Source of the DNA: Hormiphora californensis
Lineage: Eukaryota; Animalia; Ctenophora
DNA length: 64,000 nt
NCBI GenBank assembly: GCA_020137815.1
Contig: CM035359.1
Coordinates: 3,782,001 to 3,846,000 of the forward strand
Reading direction: 5' to 3'
Numbering within the stretch: the first letter of the stretch is position 1; the number at the start of each line of letters is the position of its first letter. A program made the position numbers and the translations under genes. Shown one piece after another: positions 41,076 to 54,282 of this stretch. A model generated the notes under the pieces. It had not been told where the DNA came from and searched no databases. It saw only the letters and a program-made list of their open reading frames with translations.

Positions 41076-42329
41076 AGTGTCGGCCCGCTCACACTTAAAT
41101 AGCCTTGGTGGTTAATCACCGGCTGGAAAGCGGATTGTGCGTCGAAGCAGCTTCCACTTGTTGTATTACAATTGTATAAAACATCCTTCTGAAACGAAAA
41201 AGAATATAAAATGGTTAAGCAAAACGACATCCGATACGCTGCACCGATCCGAAACACGATTCGGACGGGGCTGGTATTCCTAAAAAAATATTTCACAATT
41301 TTTTTTGCAAATTTTTGCAGAATGATTGCCAATGCTTTGATCAGTGCTCCCCACAAATTTTCTGAGAAAAAAATTATTTTGAAATTTTGACACTTTATCA
41401 CGCCGCTTAGGATACTCTAATTCGGCATGGTATCACGTATCGGTTCGCTTCAAACCCGCCAATTAGCAAAGTGACATCCGATACGCTGCACCTATTCGAG
41501 ACACGATTCGGACGGAGCTGGTATTCCTAAAAGAATAATTCACATTTTTTTGAAAAATTAATCGTTAACACGGCGTCATAAACATTTTTAAAAGAAATTC
41601 CATCTGTCGCGAGCAGCATCTTGCGCTCAATATCGTTGTGCTTCATCACAGATGCAATGTGTCCTCGCGCGTTCAGGACACCACAACTATCCATGAAATA
41701 CTGGTCCCTGATTGGCTGATAACCAGTCACGTGATCCTCGTGCGCTTGCGACAAATGAAACTTCTGAGAGAAAATTCCGAATGAAAATGTGTATGACAAT
41801 CTGTTAGCCTTTTATTTCTAATCATCAGTATTGATCATTTTGGTCAATTCATGCATTTACTTACAGTTAGAGGTGTCTTAGAATACCATTTTTGGCATAA
41901 AATAGGTTTTTATGGGCCAAATATGGCTCACCCCGATTTAGTGACACCCCGATTTAGTGACATAAAAACCTTCCCCCGAGAATGTCACTAAATCGGGGAC
42001 TGTATTAGTAATGATCATGTCATCAACACATGTCTGACATGCCTACTGTTAAATATGTCTTAGTAATGGATTTTGGACAAAAAATGGTTTTATCAGACAA
42101 ATATTGTCTACCCCGATTTAACGGACACGCCGATTTAACGGACAAAACCCTTTCCCCCGAGGGTGCCGTTAAATCGGGGTCCGACTGTAGTACCTATCAT
42201 CCAAGAGAGTTTATCTCGATCCTGGAGAGAGCTCACTGCTCTCACAGTATTGATTGAGCACTCTCCATGATCGAGATAAATTCTCTTGTCCCCCTATTCA
42301 AGAAAACAGATCTTCCTCATCATACTTAC

Positions 42330-45300
42330 AATGGCAGCTGCTGCCTGGTCCGCCTGGAGGAAAGGCTTGCGAACGTTGCCAATGAGTGTAACCAATTTAG
42401 TTTGGACTTTATTCATAGCCACATTCTTTTTATCTGCAACCACCTAGGCAAAAATAAAGAGTGGTAGGGTAAATTGGGGCTATTTAAAAGTAGGAACCAG
42501 ACGTTTATACGAAACGAAACGATAAACGAAACGAAACGGTCATTTTTTCACGAAAAATAACCGAAACGAAACGAAACGGTCATTTTTTCAGTCTTCATAA
42601 ACCGAAACGAACCGAAACGAAAAATTTTTCAGTCATCATAAACCGAAACGAAACGAAACGGTCATTTTTTCAGTGTTCATAAACCGAAACGAACCGAAAC
42701 GAAAAAATTTTCAGTCGGCACAAACCGAAACGAAACGAAACGAAAAAATTTTCCGCCTTCATAAACCGAACCGAAACGAAACGAAAAATTTTTGGGAAAA
42801 AATAAACGAAACGAAACGAAACGAAAAAATATTGACCAAAAATAAACGAAACGAAACGAAACGAAACATTTTTGAGAAAAAATAAACGAAACGAAACGAA
42901 ACGAAAAATTTTTGAGAAAAAATAAACGAAACGAAACGAAACGAAAAAATTTCGACCAAAAATAAACGAAACGAAACGAAACGAAACATTTTGAGAAAAA
43001 ATAAACGAAACGAAACGAAACGAAACGAAAAAAATTGAGAAAAAATTTTCGTTTCGTTTCGTTTCGTTTCGGATATCCGAAACGAAACGGGAAAAAATGA
43101 GAAAAAATGGAGCTAACACCCTGTTCTTGGAGTCCAGAGAGTCCCTTTTTTCAGATATTCTGAATAAAATTCCTTTTCGTTTCGTTTCGTTTCGGTTATC
43201 CGAAACGAAACGATTTTTTTTTCTCAAATGTTTTCGTTTCGTTTCGGATAAACGAAACGAAACGAAACGAAAATTTTTCTCCTTATATGTTTTCGTTTCG
43301 TTTCGTTTCGGATAAACGAAACGAAACGAAACGAAAAAATATTGACCAAAAATAAACGAAACGAAACGAAACGAAAAAATTCGAGAAAAAAATAAACGAA
43401 ACGAAACGGAAAAATTTTGAGAAAAAATAAACGAAACGAACCGAAACGAAAAAATTTTCAGTCTTCACAAACCGAAACGAACCGAAACGAGAATTTTTTC
43501 CGTCTTCATAAACCGAACCGAAACGAAACGAAAAATTTTTCAGTCATCATAAACCGAAACGAACCGAAACGAAAAAATTTTCAGTCTTCATAAACCGAAA
43601 CGAACCGAAACGAAAAAAATTTCAGTCTTCATAAACCGAAACGAAACGAAACGAAAAATAATTGAGAAAAAATAACCGAAACGAAACGAAACGAACTGAA
43701 AATACCCAAACCGTCTGGTTCCTATTTAAAAGGCTAGTACTGAGTCCCGATTTACTAGAACCCCGATTTTCTAGACAGAGGTTTGCCCGGTTACACATCC
43801 CTTGGGCCCTGTGATACTATGTGATATAATAATTGGACTGCATTGTGACAAAATGGTATTCTAACGGTGAAAAACACTAGCAGGGCTGGGTTAATATCTG
43901 CTACTTTAGAGGTATCTCGTTGTTTACCATTATTAGCGAGTCTGTATATTCCCTCGGGTACGGGTTCCGATCAAAAAATCGTGTTTTGGAGGGATTGGAC
44001 CAGATCCGGCGATTTCGCACCGACTTAGTCTCCCAATCCCCTCCCCTGTTGACCGGCGCCCTTCCCCCATCACCACCTTCCCAATCTTGAAACATGCCAA
44101 GATTCAACATCTTCGTTACTGACCAGTCTTTCGGTACATCTTTGAGGATTCGCTTAAATTTTTCAACATAATGTTGGTCGACATGGGATATGTCGAACTT
44201 GTGATTAAACGGATTGAAAACCTGATGGGAAGGATAACGGTGGTCTCGAAGTATAAATTAGCCTTTCTATCACGATTCACGTCGTAGTAATAGTGTGCGG
44301 AATATTATGCTCATTTAAATGGCATTAAACTGCAATCGGTCAAGAAACAAAATTTAAAACAAGCGTGAAAGGAACAATTAAATTATATACCTCATTAGCT
44401 GTTATGGATGTTGGATGTGCCGCGACCGGAGCGTACATGACAGGTTGAACTTGAGGCATCAATGGCCGATTATATATCGGTTTTTGGGAGTGAGCCATTT
44501 CAGATTCTATTGTTTCTATTCTCCTCTGGAGCTCTGCAACTGTGCCTTTGAGCTCTGTAACTGTGCTTTTGAGCTCAACAAATGCCTGGGATAGAAATGG
44601 TTGTTGGATAGCTAACCTCATTATAAAACCCATCCTTCACACTGTCCTCTGCATCCTATTTCTATTCTACAACCAAAATTCTATCGATAGAATTTTGGTT
44701 GTAGAATAGAAATAGGATGCAGAGGACAGTGTGAAGGATGGGTTTTATAATGAGGTTACTGAGTTATTAGACGATAAGAAACGATGGATACGTGATACAT
44801 GATTCGGGAAGCCTATACATATTGAGGAGTTTTAGACGATATGAGGCACGATTTGGAGAAGCGTTTCTCTTTCTTTACCTCCCAATACAGTATCCTCTTT
44901 TGGTTTACTAGCAAAACCGTACCCGTCCTACGGACGGAGGTTAATAACATTCTCCCCTCTCATTCCCTCCCTCTCCCAATCTCTCATCCCCCTGCCCATT
45001 CTACCTCTCTCTCATAATCTCTCATCCCCTTCCCATTCTCTCTCTCATTTCCTCTCTCCCAATCTCTCATCCCCTGCCCACTCTACCTCTCTCTCCCAAT
45101 CTCTCACCCCCTGCACATTCTGCCCTCTCACCCACTCTTTCTCCCAATCTCTCATCCCCCTGCCCATTCCCTCGCTCTCCCAATCTCTCATCCCCCGCCC
45201 ATTCTACCTCTCCCTCCCTCTCTCCCATTCTACCTCTCTCTCATAATCTCTCATCCCCTGCCCATTCTCTCTCTCATTTCCTCTCTCCCAATGTCTCATC

Positions 45301-48300
45301 CCCTGCCCATTCTACCTCTCTCTCCCAATCTCTCATCCCTCTGCCCATTCTGCCCTCTCACTCCCTCTTTCTCCCAATCTCTCATCCCCCTGCCCATTCT
45401 ACCACTCTCCCTCCCTCTCTCTCTCCCAATCTCTAATCCCCCTGCCCATTATACCTCTCTCTTTCCCTCTCTCTCTCATCCCCCTGCCCAGTACTGTCTG
45501 GCGGCGCCAGACAGGCCCAGTCTCCCTTCTCATTCCCTCTCTCTCCTAATCTATCATCCCTCTGCCCATTCTGCCCTCTCACTCCCTCTTTCTCCCAATC
45601 TCTCATCCCCAGCCCCCTGCCCATTCCCTCGGCCCTCGCTCTCCCAATCTCTCATCCCCCTGACCATTCCCTCTCTCTCCCAACCACCCTAATCTGTTAC
45701 CACCACGGAGCCGATATATCTGGAACATTCTAATATCCTGTATCTCTTAACAGATCAAGAAGAACTGAGAATATAATATTTCTCTCTATCTCTCTCTCTC
45801 ACACACACACACACACTCTCTCCCTCTGAGCTGCTGCTGCTATACGCTATGTCATGTGATCCCTCGCCTTTTCTCACTCTCTCTTTCTCTCCCTTCCCTG
45901 TATGTGATGTGACCCCTCAAGTTCTCGAGCACTTGTGATACGTGATACCTACGAATCACGTCGTCACAATGACGGATATTGACGATAGAGTGTCACATAT
46001 CTAGGCGAATCTGCATTGTATATAGTAAGATTGAAAACGTTGCATGGGGAAAGCGATAGGGAGAAATAAACGGGAAAAGAGAGTAGGGATTGAGGAGACC
46101 CCATCAAGTACAATTAAGTAAAATTTCTGTATTCTGCTGCGAAATATTAAGGTATTAACGTAAACGTACAGTTTCATCAATGTCCGGTGACATTTCGGTC
46201 GTATTCTTTGGTGGCGCAGCCACACCCTTAAAGCCCTTCAGCTTCTTTGCGTCATTCTTTGGGTCCTTTTTTTCGTTCAAATGGGTAGAGGGAGTTCGAG
46301 TCGGCAAGTCCTTCTTAGCGTTGTGTAACCTTAAAGTGCCACACTGTTTTTCTAATACCTGTAATTGGAGTTTGAAGCTGGAGGCAAGTGCATGTTAAAC
46401 ATATTCAGTGCAAAAATGTCCTAATTTTGTTAGCCATACTATGTGATGGATAGCAGATGGCATTCACTGTATATTTTTCAATGGAGAGAGTAATGGAGAA
46501 TGGGGATAAAAATCGATTAAACTTACCTCCATTTCTCTCATATTTTTGGTCGCCGAGTTATCCCTTCCAAATGTAAATACAGGTTCCTTATCCGAGTCCT
46601 GGAAAGGAAAAAGGGGTTGAAAAGACACCGTGTATAGAGTGGGGATACATACCCAATACCCAATATCAGGGGCTGTATGTGAGACTAGCAAATTTGAGTG
46701 GGCTGTACGAAAAAGAATTCAAGTGCATGTTGAACATATTCAGTGCAAAAATGTTCTAATTTTGTTAGCCATACTGTGTGATGAATAGCAGATGGCATGC
46801 ACTGTATATTTTGCATTGGAGAGAGTAATGGAGAATGGGGATAAAAATCGATTAAACGTAAAGACGGATTTTTTGAAGTTGTCACCCCTCTTTTCACGCG
46901 TGGCGTCGTATTTGCACGTGACAGCCCCCTCTTGCTCTCACTTTATGGCATTAAACCGCATATCACCGGAAAGAGCATAATTTTGTGAGTCCGTAAAACT
47001 TTTGATAGACGAAATCGGTCAAGAAACAAAGGCGTGAGAGCCAAAAACTAGCAAAAATGTTTCCAATGCGGAAATAAAACATTGCGCGTCACACAGGGGG
47101 TGACAACTTCAAAAAATCCGACTTTACCTCCATTTCTTTCATATTTTTGGTCGCCGAGTTATCCCTTCCAAATGTAAATACAGGTTCCTTATCCGAGTCC
47201 TGGAAAGGAAAAAGGGGTTGAAAAGACACCGTGTATAGACTATAGAGTGGGGAAGGGCTAAGTGATAATTTTTTCAAAAGATCAATTTTCCACACATCTG
47301 AGGTGAAACTTTGGACAATTCTCTATCACATCAAACAAACAGATTTGGGATAGTGTTTATGAGTTACGTTGGCATCGCGATTTAAAAATTTTACTTTTTT
47401 TACCGAAAATTAGCAAAATAAGGAAAAAATGTCTGTTTTAGACCAGTTTTTGGCATGTTCTTGATATCAACTTTTCATGGTAAGGGTCGTGGTCAGCGAC
47501 TAGAAGCTGATAAGATTTGATGAATATCATGAAAGTTCATTTTTGTTCATTTTTGTTCATTTTTGACGAAAAATGTTCATTTTTGACATGTTCTTAGCTT
47601 TTGAGACCGTTTTCATGAACGGGATCGTGTTCAGCGGGTCAAAATTAGTCGGTAACAACCGGAATTTGCTTTCTACCACATAAAAACACAAAAAATCAAA
47701 ATTCGTCCCCACAATACTGCAAGTTGGGAAAAATAGCAAGAAAAAAAGTGAAAATAAAAAATTTTTTCTTCATAAATTGGAGTTCTGAAGGTTCAAACTG
47801 AAAGTAACGATAGTATTAAAAGCCCTGAGACGATTAATAGGTGTGTTTTGTTCAAAATAACGCCCTAAAACACACTTTTTGAAATGAATATGCCCATATA
47901 TGGGCATAACCCGTGCCAACGTAATTGGCCAATGATATGGCTCCACTCTTTGTATTTACTGGTTCAGTAACATACTAGGAGCCACTTCAGATGTGTGGAA
48001 TTTTATAATTCGATTTAAAGTCCGATTTGGCGAAAATAGCCCACCCTGGGGATACATACCCAATACCCAATATCAGGGGCTGTATGTGAGACTGTGGCGC
48101 TGTGTGTTGCGCACAAAAGATACATACCCAATACCCAATATCAGGGGCTGTATGTGAGACTGCGGCACTGTGTGTTGCGCACAAAAGACTAGCAAATTTG
48201 AGTGGGCTGTACGAAAAAGAATTCAAGTGCATGTTGAACATATTCAGTGCAAAAATGTTCTAATTTTGTTAGCCATACTATGTGATGAATAGCAGATGGC

Positions 48301-49137
48301 ATGCACTGTATATTTTGCATTGGAGAGAGTAATGGAGAATGGGGATAAAAATCGATTAAACGTAAAGTCGGATTTTTTGAAGTTGTCACCCCTCTTTTCA
48401 CGCGCAGCGTCGTATTTGCGCATGACAGCCCCCTCTTGCTCTCACTTTATGGCATTAAACCGCATATCACCGGAAAGAGCATAATTTTGTGAGTCCGTAA
48501 AACTTTTGATAGACGAAATCGGTCAAGAAACAAAGGCGTGAGAGCCAAAAAATAGCAAAAATGTTTCCAATGCGCAAATAAAACATTGCGCGTCACCCAG
48601 GGGGTGACAACTTCAAAAAATCCGACTTTACCTCCATTTCTTTCATATTGTTGGTCGTCGAGTTATCCCTTCCAAATGTAAATAAAGCTTCGTCGTCCGA
48701 GTCCTGGAAAGGAAAAAGGGGTTGAAAAGACACCTTGTAACAAGGTTTTACACGGTTTGTGTGTGTGTGTGTAGAAATAGATCAAAACTTACGGAGTTTT
48801 CGCTTTCCGGAAACATCTTCTTGTATATTTCAACTTGGGTAGGGGGAACACGGGGAGTATTGGATGTAGGGGGAGCACGGGGAGTATTGGATACTGCCTT
48901 CGGGTTTTTTTTGCCTGTGATTAAAATTGTCAATTTCTATTATATAAGGGGTAAGGGGCTAGTAAGAAAGATGGAATCTGTCCCCGCCCGGCCTACTCCT
49001 GATAGAGAAAGACAACAAAACAGTCTGAATACTGGCCTTGAATATGACCTATTTAGGTGCCGGCAGGCACCTCCGACCCGAAGAAAACAGCAAAAACCGA
49101 AAAATTGAAAAAAATTTTTGCCCCTGCACCAAAAGTC

Positions 49138-49171
<34 letters not shown>

Positions 49172-50517
49172 CGTCGGCGGATTTTTGATTTTTTAATTAA
49201 TTAATTAATTATAGGTAATTAAAAATTAGCCCCTTCACCGTGCCCCTGCACATTTCGTGCGCGGTCCCCTGCACCGCGCCCCTGCACCAAATTCTATTTT
49301 CCGTTCTGCTTAAAATATCGACTTGAAACTTTGTAGGGATGTTCTTCAATCATAAAAGAAGATATTTGAAAAGTGGGAATAGTCAAAATTAATTAATTAG
49401 TTAGTTAGAGCCGTTCAAAAAATGGAATTTTGGTGCAAGGGCAGCAATGTGAATGGGCAACCCCCTGCACCGTGCCCCTGCACCAAAATTGTGATCGAAC
49501 TGTGGCCAGTGGCCACACCGTTTAATATTTTGACACGAAACTTTCTATGCATGTTCTAGTAGCATAACTACGAGTACTAGAAGAGCCGGATGGTTAATAT
49601 ATCAATTAGGTAATTAATTATAGGCAAATTGAAAAAATTTGCCCCTGCACATTTTGTGCAAAATGCCCCTGCACCCCCCTGCACCGTGCCCCTGCACATG
49701 TCGTGCCCCTGCACTAAATTTCGAACTGTGGCCAAACCGTTTAATATTTTGACACGAAACTTTCTATGCATGTTCTAGTAGCATAACTACGAGTACTAGA
49801 AGAGCCGGATGGTTAGTATATCAATTAGGTAATTAATTATAGGCAAATTAATTAAAATTTGCCCCTGCACAAATTGTGCAAAATGCAAACATGTGTACCC
49901 TTGCACCAAATTTCATTCCCCATATTTTCCGTTCTGCTTGAAATATCGACTTGAAACTTTGTAGGAATTTTCTTCATGCATATCTAAACCAAAAAAACCA
50001 AAAAATTTTAATTACTTAGAGCCATGCAAACTTGCTGGTTCGGCAAATCTCTATAAACCCAACTTCGGGTCGGACGAGGGGAAGCTTGCCTTTTGCGAAC
50101 ATATTTATGTTGCCGTCGGTTGAATTTCTCACCTTTCTTCACGGCAGAAGTGACGACAGAAGGGATAATTTTCCGCTTCTTGATGATGGCCGTTGGTTTG
50201 TTTTCTGTTTCACCTTTCTCAAACTGTAGAGCTTTGTTTCGATCTAAAAAAGTAAGGAAGTGAAGTACGGGCACTAATGTGTTACGGGTGATTGGGAGGG
50301 TGGTCTTCGGATTGTTAGTATGTATGTATTAGGATTAGCGAGGTGTGTTTGGAGCACGTCACGTTTACAATTACCGTTGAAAATCGCCATTGTTTTGCAT
50401 GGGTAGGTTTTCCCGCCTACTTTAGCCTTGCCCTCAGCCACAGATGACAGTTTGATGGTGGAGATTGTCCCCTCCTCTACCCACTCAACCACCGCCCATT
50501 GCTGCTCATTCTCTGAT
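42330..50517 (-). CDS. Spliced transposon-associated protein: N-terminal BEND5-like beta domain, low-complexity linker, coiled coil, C-terminal BEN-like domain
   Basis: Phase-compatible exons 50517-50375, 50243-50133, 48914-48793, 48703-48632 (copies 47199-47128, 46598-46527), 46358-46170, 44585-44391, 44221-43928, 42443-42330. Sequences: WAVVEWVEEGTISTI..GKTYPCKTMAIF; LKSTVTELKGTVAELQRRIETIE; SVTKMLNLGMF..KSVRN..YPREYTDSLIMVV..VQTKLVTLIGNVRK. The exon chain is solid; domain names are by-eye inference; start and stop not located. Confidence 0.7.
42491..43724. mobile_element. Non-autonomous hAT element with (AAACG)n subterminal repeats
   Basis: TIR TAGGAACCAGACG, 8-bp TSD TTTAAAAG (42483-42490, 43725-43732); fragments at 38433-38640 and 39578-39785. 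Confidence 0.93.
44613..44758. repeat. 146-bp perfect spacerless palindrome
   Basis: Centred on CTATC|GATAG. Confidence 0.92.
44908..46030 (-). mobile_element. Non-autonomous Helitron
   Basis: Minus strand begins A|TCTTACTATATA and ends with hairpin CCGTCCGTAGGACGG, 11 nt, CTAG|T; no TSD; internal CT-rich minisatellite at 44950-45690. Confidence 0.85.
46861..47124. mobile_element. AAGTC-TIR MITE with TA TSD, in a splice donor
   Basis: TA|AAGACGGATTTTTTGAAG...CTTCAAAAAATCCGACTT|TA; second copy at 48365-48628; empty site at ~46521-46530. Confidence 0.85.
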
Positions 50518-52321
50518 CTGTTTAAACAGGATTATTATTCCAAAATTAGGATACCGAATTCCAACAGATCTACAATCTACATCAGGTCTACATCAGGTCT
50601 ACATCCCTCTAGCGGGGGCGGTGGGGGGGGGTCACCCTAACTGTATCAGACATCTATGATGGTAGGGTGGGGGTCCCGATGACAGATAGGTGTTACCCAA
50701 AACGTCACAAATTTGGGATTTTCGGAAAATAGGGGGTGTGAGACAGTTAGAGGAGGACCAACATTTTGCATCCATTTGAATAACACTTACTTTTGCCTCC
50801 TTTTTCGAGGTTCCCGCACAGACAGCATGGAATTGGACTCTCTGGCTACATGGATAATGATGAGTTGGTTTAGAAAGAGAGGAGGGCGGAGTAGTAGAGG
50901 GTAAGAGAGAATTATATAGGTCGGTTATCGTGTAAAATAAAGTGATACGCCGGGTTACAATTGACTGTGGTTTGGTTTACCACAAGCAACGTGGTTGGGA
51001 AACTCTTTGAGGGAAAGCTAATATCTCAGGGCAAGAGGTTTACAAGGTTTACAAATAGATAGTTATATACAATAAAAAGGGCTTCCCATAGTGGGTCCCC
51101 CATATTTAAACGTTACTCCATACCGGCCTACACAGATATTAGACATGCCGTAGAGAGATTGATATGGAGTACCGGGTATACCCTAGTGGGGGACAGTCAT
51201 TGAAGGTGTTTAGGAACTTCCCCAGCTCCGCTTTGAATTCACCCAATAGTTGACAAAAGTTAACAGAATCGGTAGACAGTTCTACAGATGGGCCGCACGA
51301 CACCCGAATGAGTTATGGAGCTGATTAGCCCGTTTAGTTTCAGCTCTAGAAGGATAATTTGTTTAGGCCTTGACATTGTCTATCGGATAAACTTTGAATT
51401 AGCCAAAACGGTTGAGTGGTTCGGCGGCTAGAGCCGTTTTTTTGGAAGCACGCACCTATAAGCAGGCCACCAACCACCCAGATCGTATCGGCGCCCTACT
51501 CTTCAGTGCTTTATAGGAAATTCCGCTCTCGCTGAAGTTTGAAGTTCACTGTTCAGCAAAGATGCAGACAGATTTTCACTCATGAGTTAAAGTGCGTTTC
51601 AAGCGACTTGACCCTGAATTCTTGGAATTGGGAGCATCGCGTGTGTATTTAAACGTCAACCCAAACTAAAAAGACCCTCACTTAGGTTTTGTGAAATTTC
51701 CCACGGTCATAACTCCACTTCCTGATGAGATAGAGACTTGAAATTTGTTCTGTAGGAAGAACTCGACATGATCTCCTTACAAAACAAATTTCAAGTCTCT
51801 ATCTCATAAGGAAGTGGAGTTATGGCCGTGGGAAATTTCACAAAACCTAAGTGAGGGTCTTTTTAGTTTGGGTTGACGTTTACAAAGGGTAAATTCTCAA
51901 TTTCCAGGAATCTCAAGTCGGTTGAAACTTGAAAAGTGCAACTGAAATTTTTTGGATCGAAACGGAGAAAAAGTCAAATAAATTACACACACGTCATACC
52001 CATACCACTCGTACTCGTCGGTTGAAACACACTTTAGGAGTTGGCAAACGCTGCTACCCCAAATGGGATAAGGCAGCGCTTTTCAACTTTAGGAATTGCT
52101 GCAGAATCGAAATCTCAATCAAAAATAGCGGATCGCGACTCGCGAGCATAAGCAGTGCATGCAGCGCATAAAATTTGCAGACGCGCGCCGCGCGGCGAGT
52201 TTAATTTTCAGTATAGCAACAAATTTAAATTTTAATTTGAGCGATGTCGCAAAAGAGACGATGTACTTGGATGCTTGTAAAGAACATTCATTGGTGTCAA
52301 AAGTTCGGTGGTTAATTACCC

Positions 52322-53654
52322 AGCTCGGTGTTTGCATCGCATTAAAGTCCGTTTCAAACGACTTGAGCTAACGCGCAAAAATGGATCGATCATATCTCTG
52401 CTTCCAGATAAGATAAAGACTTGATCCTGGTTGCGTTGGAAAGAGAAAATTTTCTCTTTTCAACGCAAGTCGCTTGAAAAGGACTTTAATTAATGCATCC
52501 ACCACTGCCGCCCTCTCTCTGCCGCGAACTGTCTTGTGATCAAGCAGTTTTGTCCCCTTGATCATATACTTGACAACCCCCAGATAATTAGTATGGAGCG
52601 GGTCATTAGTAAACCATTTGTGGCTAAACCCGGGAAGATTGAGAATGACAAATTCCCTTCCAGCTGTAGGCTGGGTGTACTTTCTTTCTCCAAAAGTTAC
52701 AAGATGGCCAGACTCATCAAGAGTATCGTCCGGAACAGTTTTTCCACCAGTGCTTTTTTTGGAAGTGTTTCCAGTATTATCTTTCATCTGGACCCTCTTT
52801 CCGACGATCATGCAGTGCGGACAGCTACACTTCCCGCCATGGCCCAGCAACGGTACCAACTCAGGTCGCTGAACCGCGTCAACCGGAAAAGAATGGATCT
52901 GCACGAAGGTAATGCACACTCTGCCGTCGGGGTGATCCCACTTGATTCCCTGCTTGTGGCTCTTAATCAGATGTTCCACAGCTGGTTTCAGCATGGCCTG
53001 GTTGAACTTTATCTTTGCTGTTTTGATGAACACCAATGGAGTGCATATCACTTTCATTCTTAAAAATGGTGGTAACTCCATGATCGATATCTGCAATGGG
53101 TACAGATTTTTTGCAGAAGATTTCGAAATCTGGACCCCATCTATTGAAATTGAGACCGAAATATAGGGTAGCGGTTCCTTCGAGTTCTTAAATTCCTCCT
53201 TGAATGATAAGCACCGCTTAGAATTGTGCACATCTGACAAGTTATCAGAATCGTTCAGTTCGTTAACATAAGCGGCCATTTTTTCATGATGTGCCTCTAT
53301 TAAATCCTTAAAAAGGCCTATCAAGTCCGTATAGTAGAACTTTCCGTCAGTTGGTTTATTCCCGATCAACTGATTACACGTTCGGCAGTGTTGTGGGCAA
53401 AATTGGACTGGAGCTGTCGTCCTTTTCAGGCAGTCGTTGTTTTCACAGATCCGATATTGAACCGGTTTGCGTACGACAACCTTCTTATCTAGTTCCTGGT
53501 CAAATTTATAGGCGGTATTTATCATCAACAACTGATCCTCCGGGTAAGACCTAACTACAGGTAGAAGATTCAACATATCCTCCCATGCCACCTTTGAAAC
53601 AGAGTGCCTCGTTCTCCATCTTAAGAGCTGTAGCTGCAATTCTTCTAGGCCCAT
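52322..53654 (-). pseudogene. CACTA/EnSpm transposase exon 1, copy A (MITE-disrupted, downstream exons absent)
   Basis: Near-identical to 58022-59182 with a 10-aa extra segment; homology stops just inside intron 1. Confidence 0.88.
52345..52486. mobile_element. 142-bp AAGTCC-TIR MITE inserted in transposase exon 1
   Basis: Absent from the + strand copy (59150-59165 CATTAATTAATGCG); TA (or TTAA) duplication. Confidence 0.85.
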
Positions 53655-54282
53655 TTTAGAACATTTGAACTGTTAAATAAATCAGCTATGAGCAATGACT
53701 GAGCAAAAAATGGTTATATTGAAGCGGCACAAGAGGAGCTACAAAAAAATGGCTAAAAAGGTTCGGCAAGTTCGATCTTGCTCAGCTGATAGACCCCAAT
53801 GTCTGGGTTGACGTTGTGGGCCAGATTTTCTTCAGGTATAGTCAAATTTTTAATTTAAGGGACAGGCCGCCATGTTATATTGAAGCGGCACAAGAGGAGC
53901 TACGAAAAAAAAATGGCTAAAAAGGTTCGGCAAGTTCGATCTTGCTCAGCTGATAGGCCCCAATGTCTGGGTTGACGTTGCGGGCCAGATTTTCTTCAGG
54001 TATAGTCAAATTTTTGATTTAAGCGACAGGCCGCCATGTATCAAATACACGCCGGCCATATCTCCGGTTCCTGATTCATTTAAAGTCCATTTTTTTAATT
54101 TTTGTTCACCCCCCTGGGTGGCGCGCGACATTTTATTTGTGCGCCGGAAACTTGTTTTGGCTCTCACGCCCTTGTTTCTTGACCTATTTCGTCAAACAAA
54201 AACTTTACGGACTCACAAAATTATGCTCTTTCCGGTGATATGCGGCTTTTTGCCGAGAAGTGAGAGAAAGTGGGGGCTGTCA

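Noticed and set aside
42670-43468. Phe-rich membrane-like ORFs (also 38394-38806, 39539-39951)
   Set aside because: Translations of the (AAACG)n repeats of a hAT MITE.
52345-52486. MITE acting as a precisely spliced Introner in the transposase
   Set aside because: No GT/AG pair at its ends restores the frame on the coding strand.
52536-53554. Opposite-strand ORFs over the transposase copies (also 54357-54987, 58122-59110)
   Set aside because: Antisense shadows of the transposase with no independent motifs.
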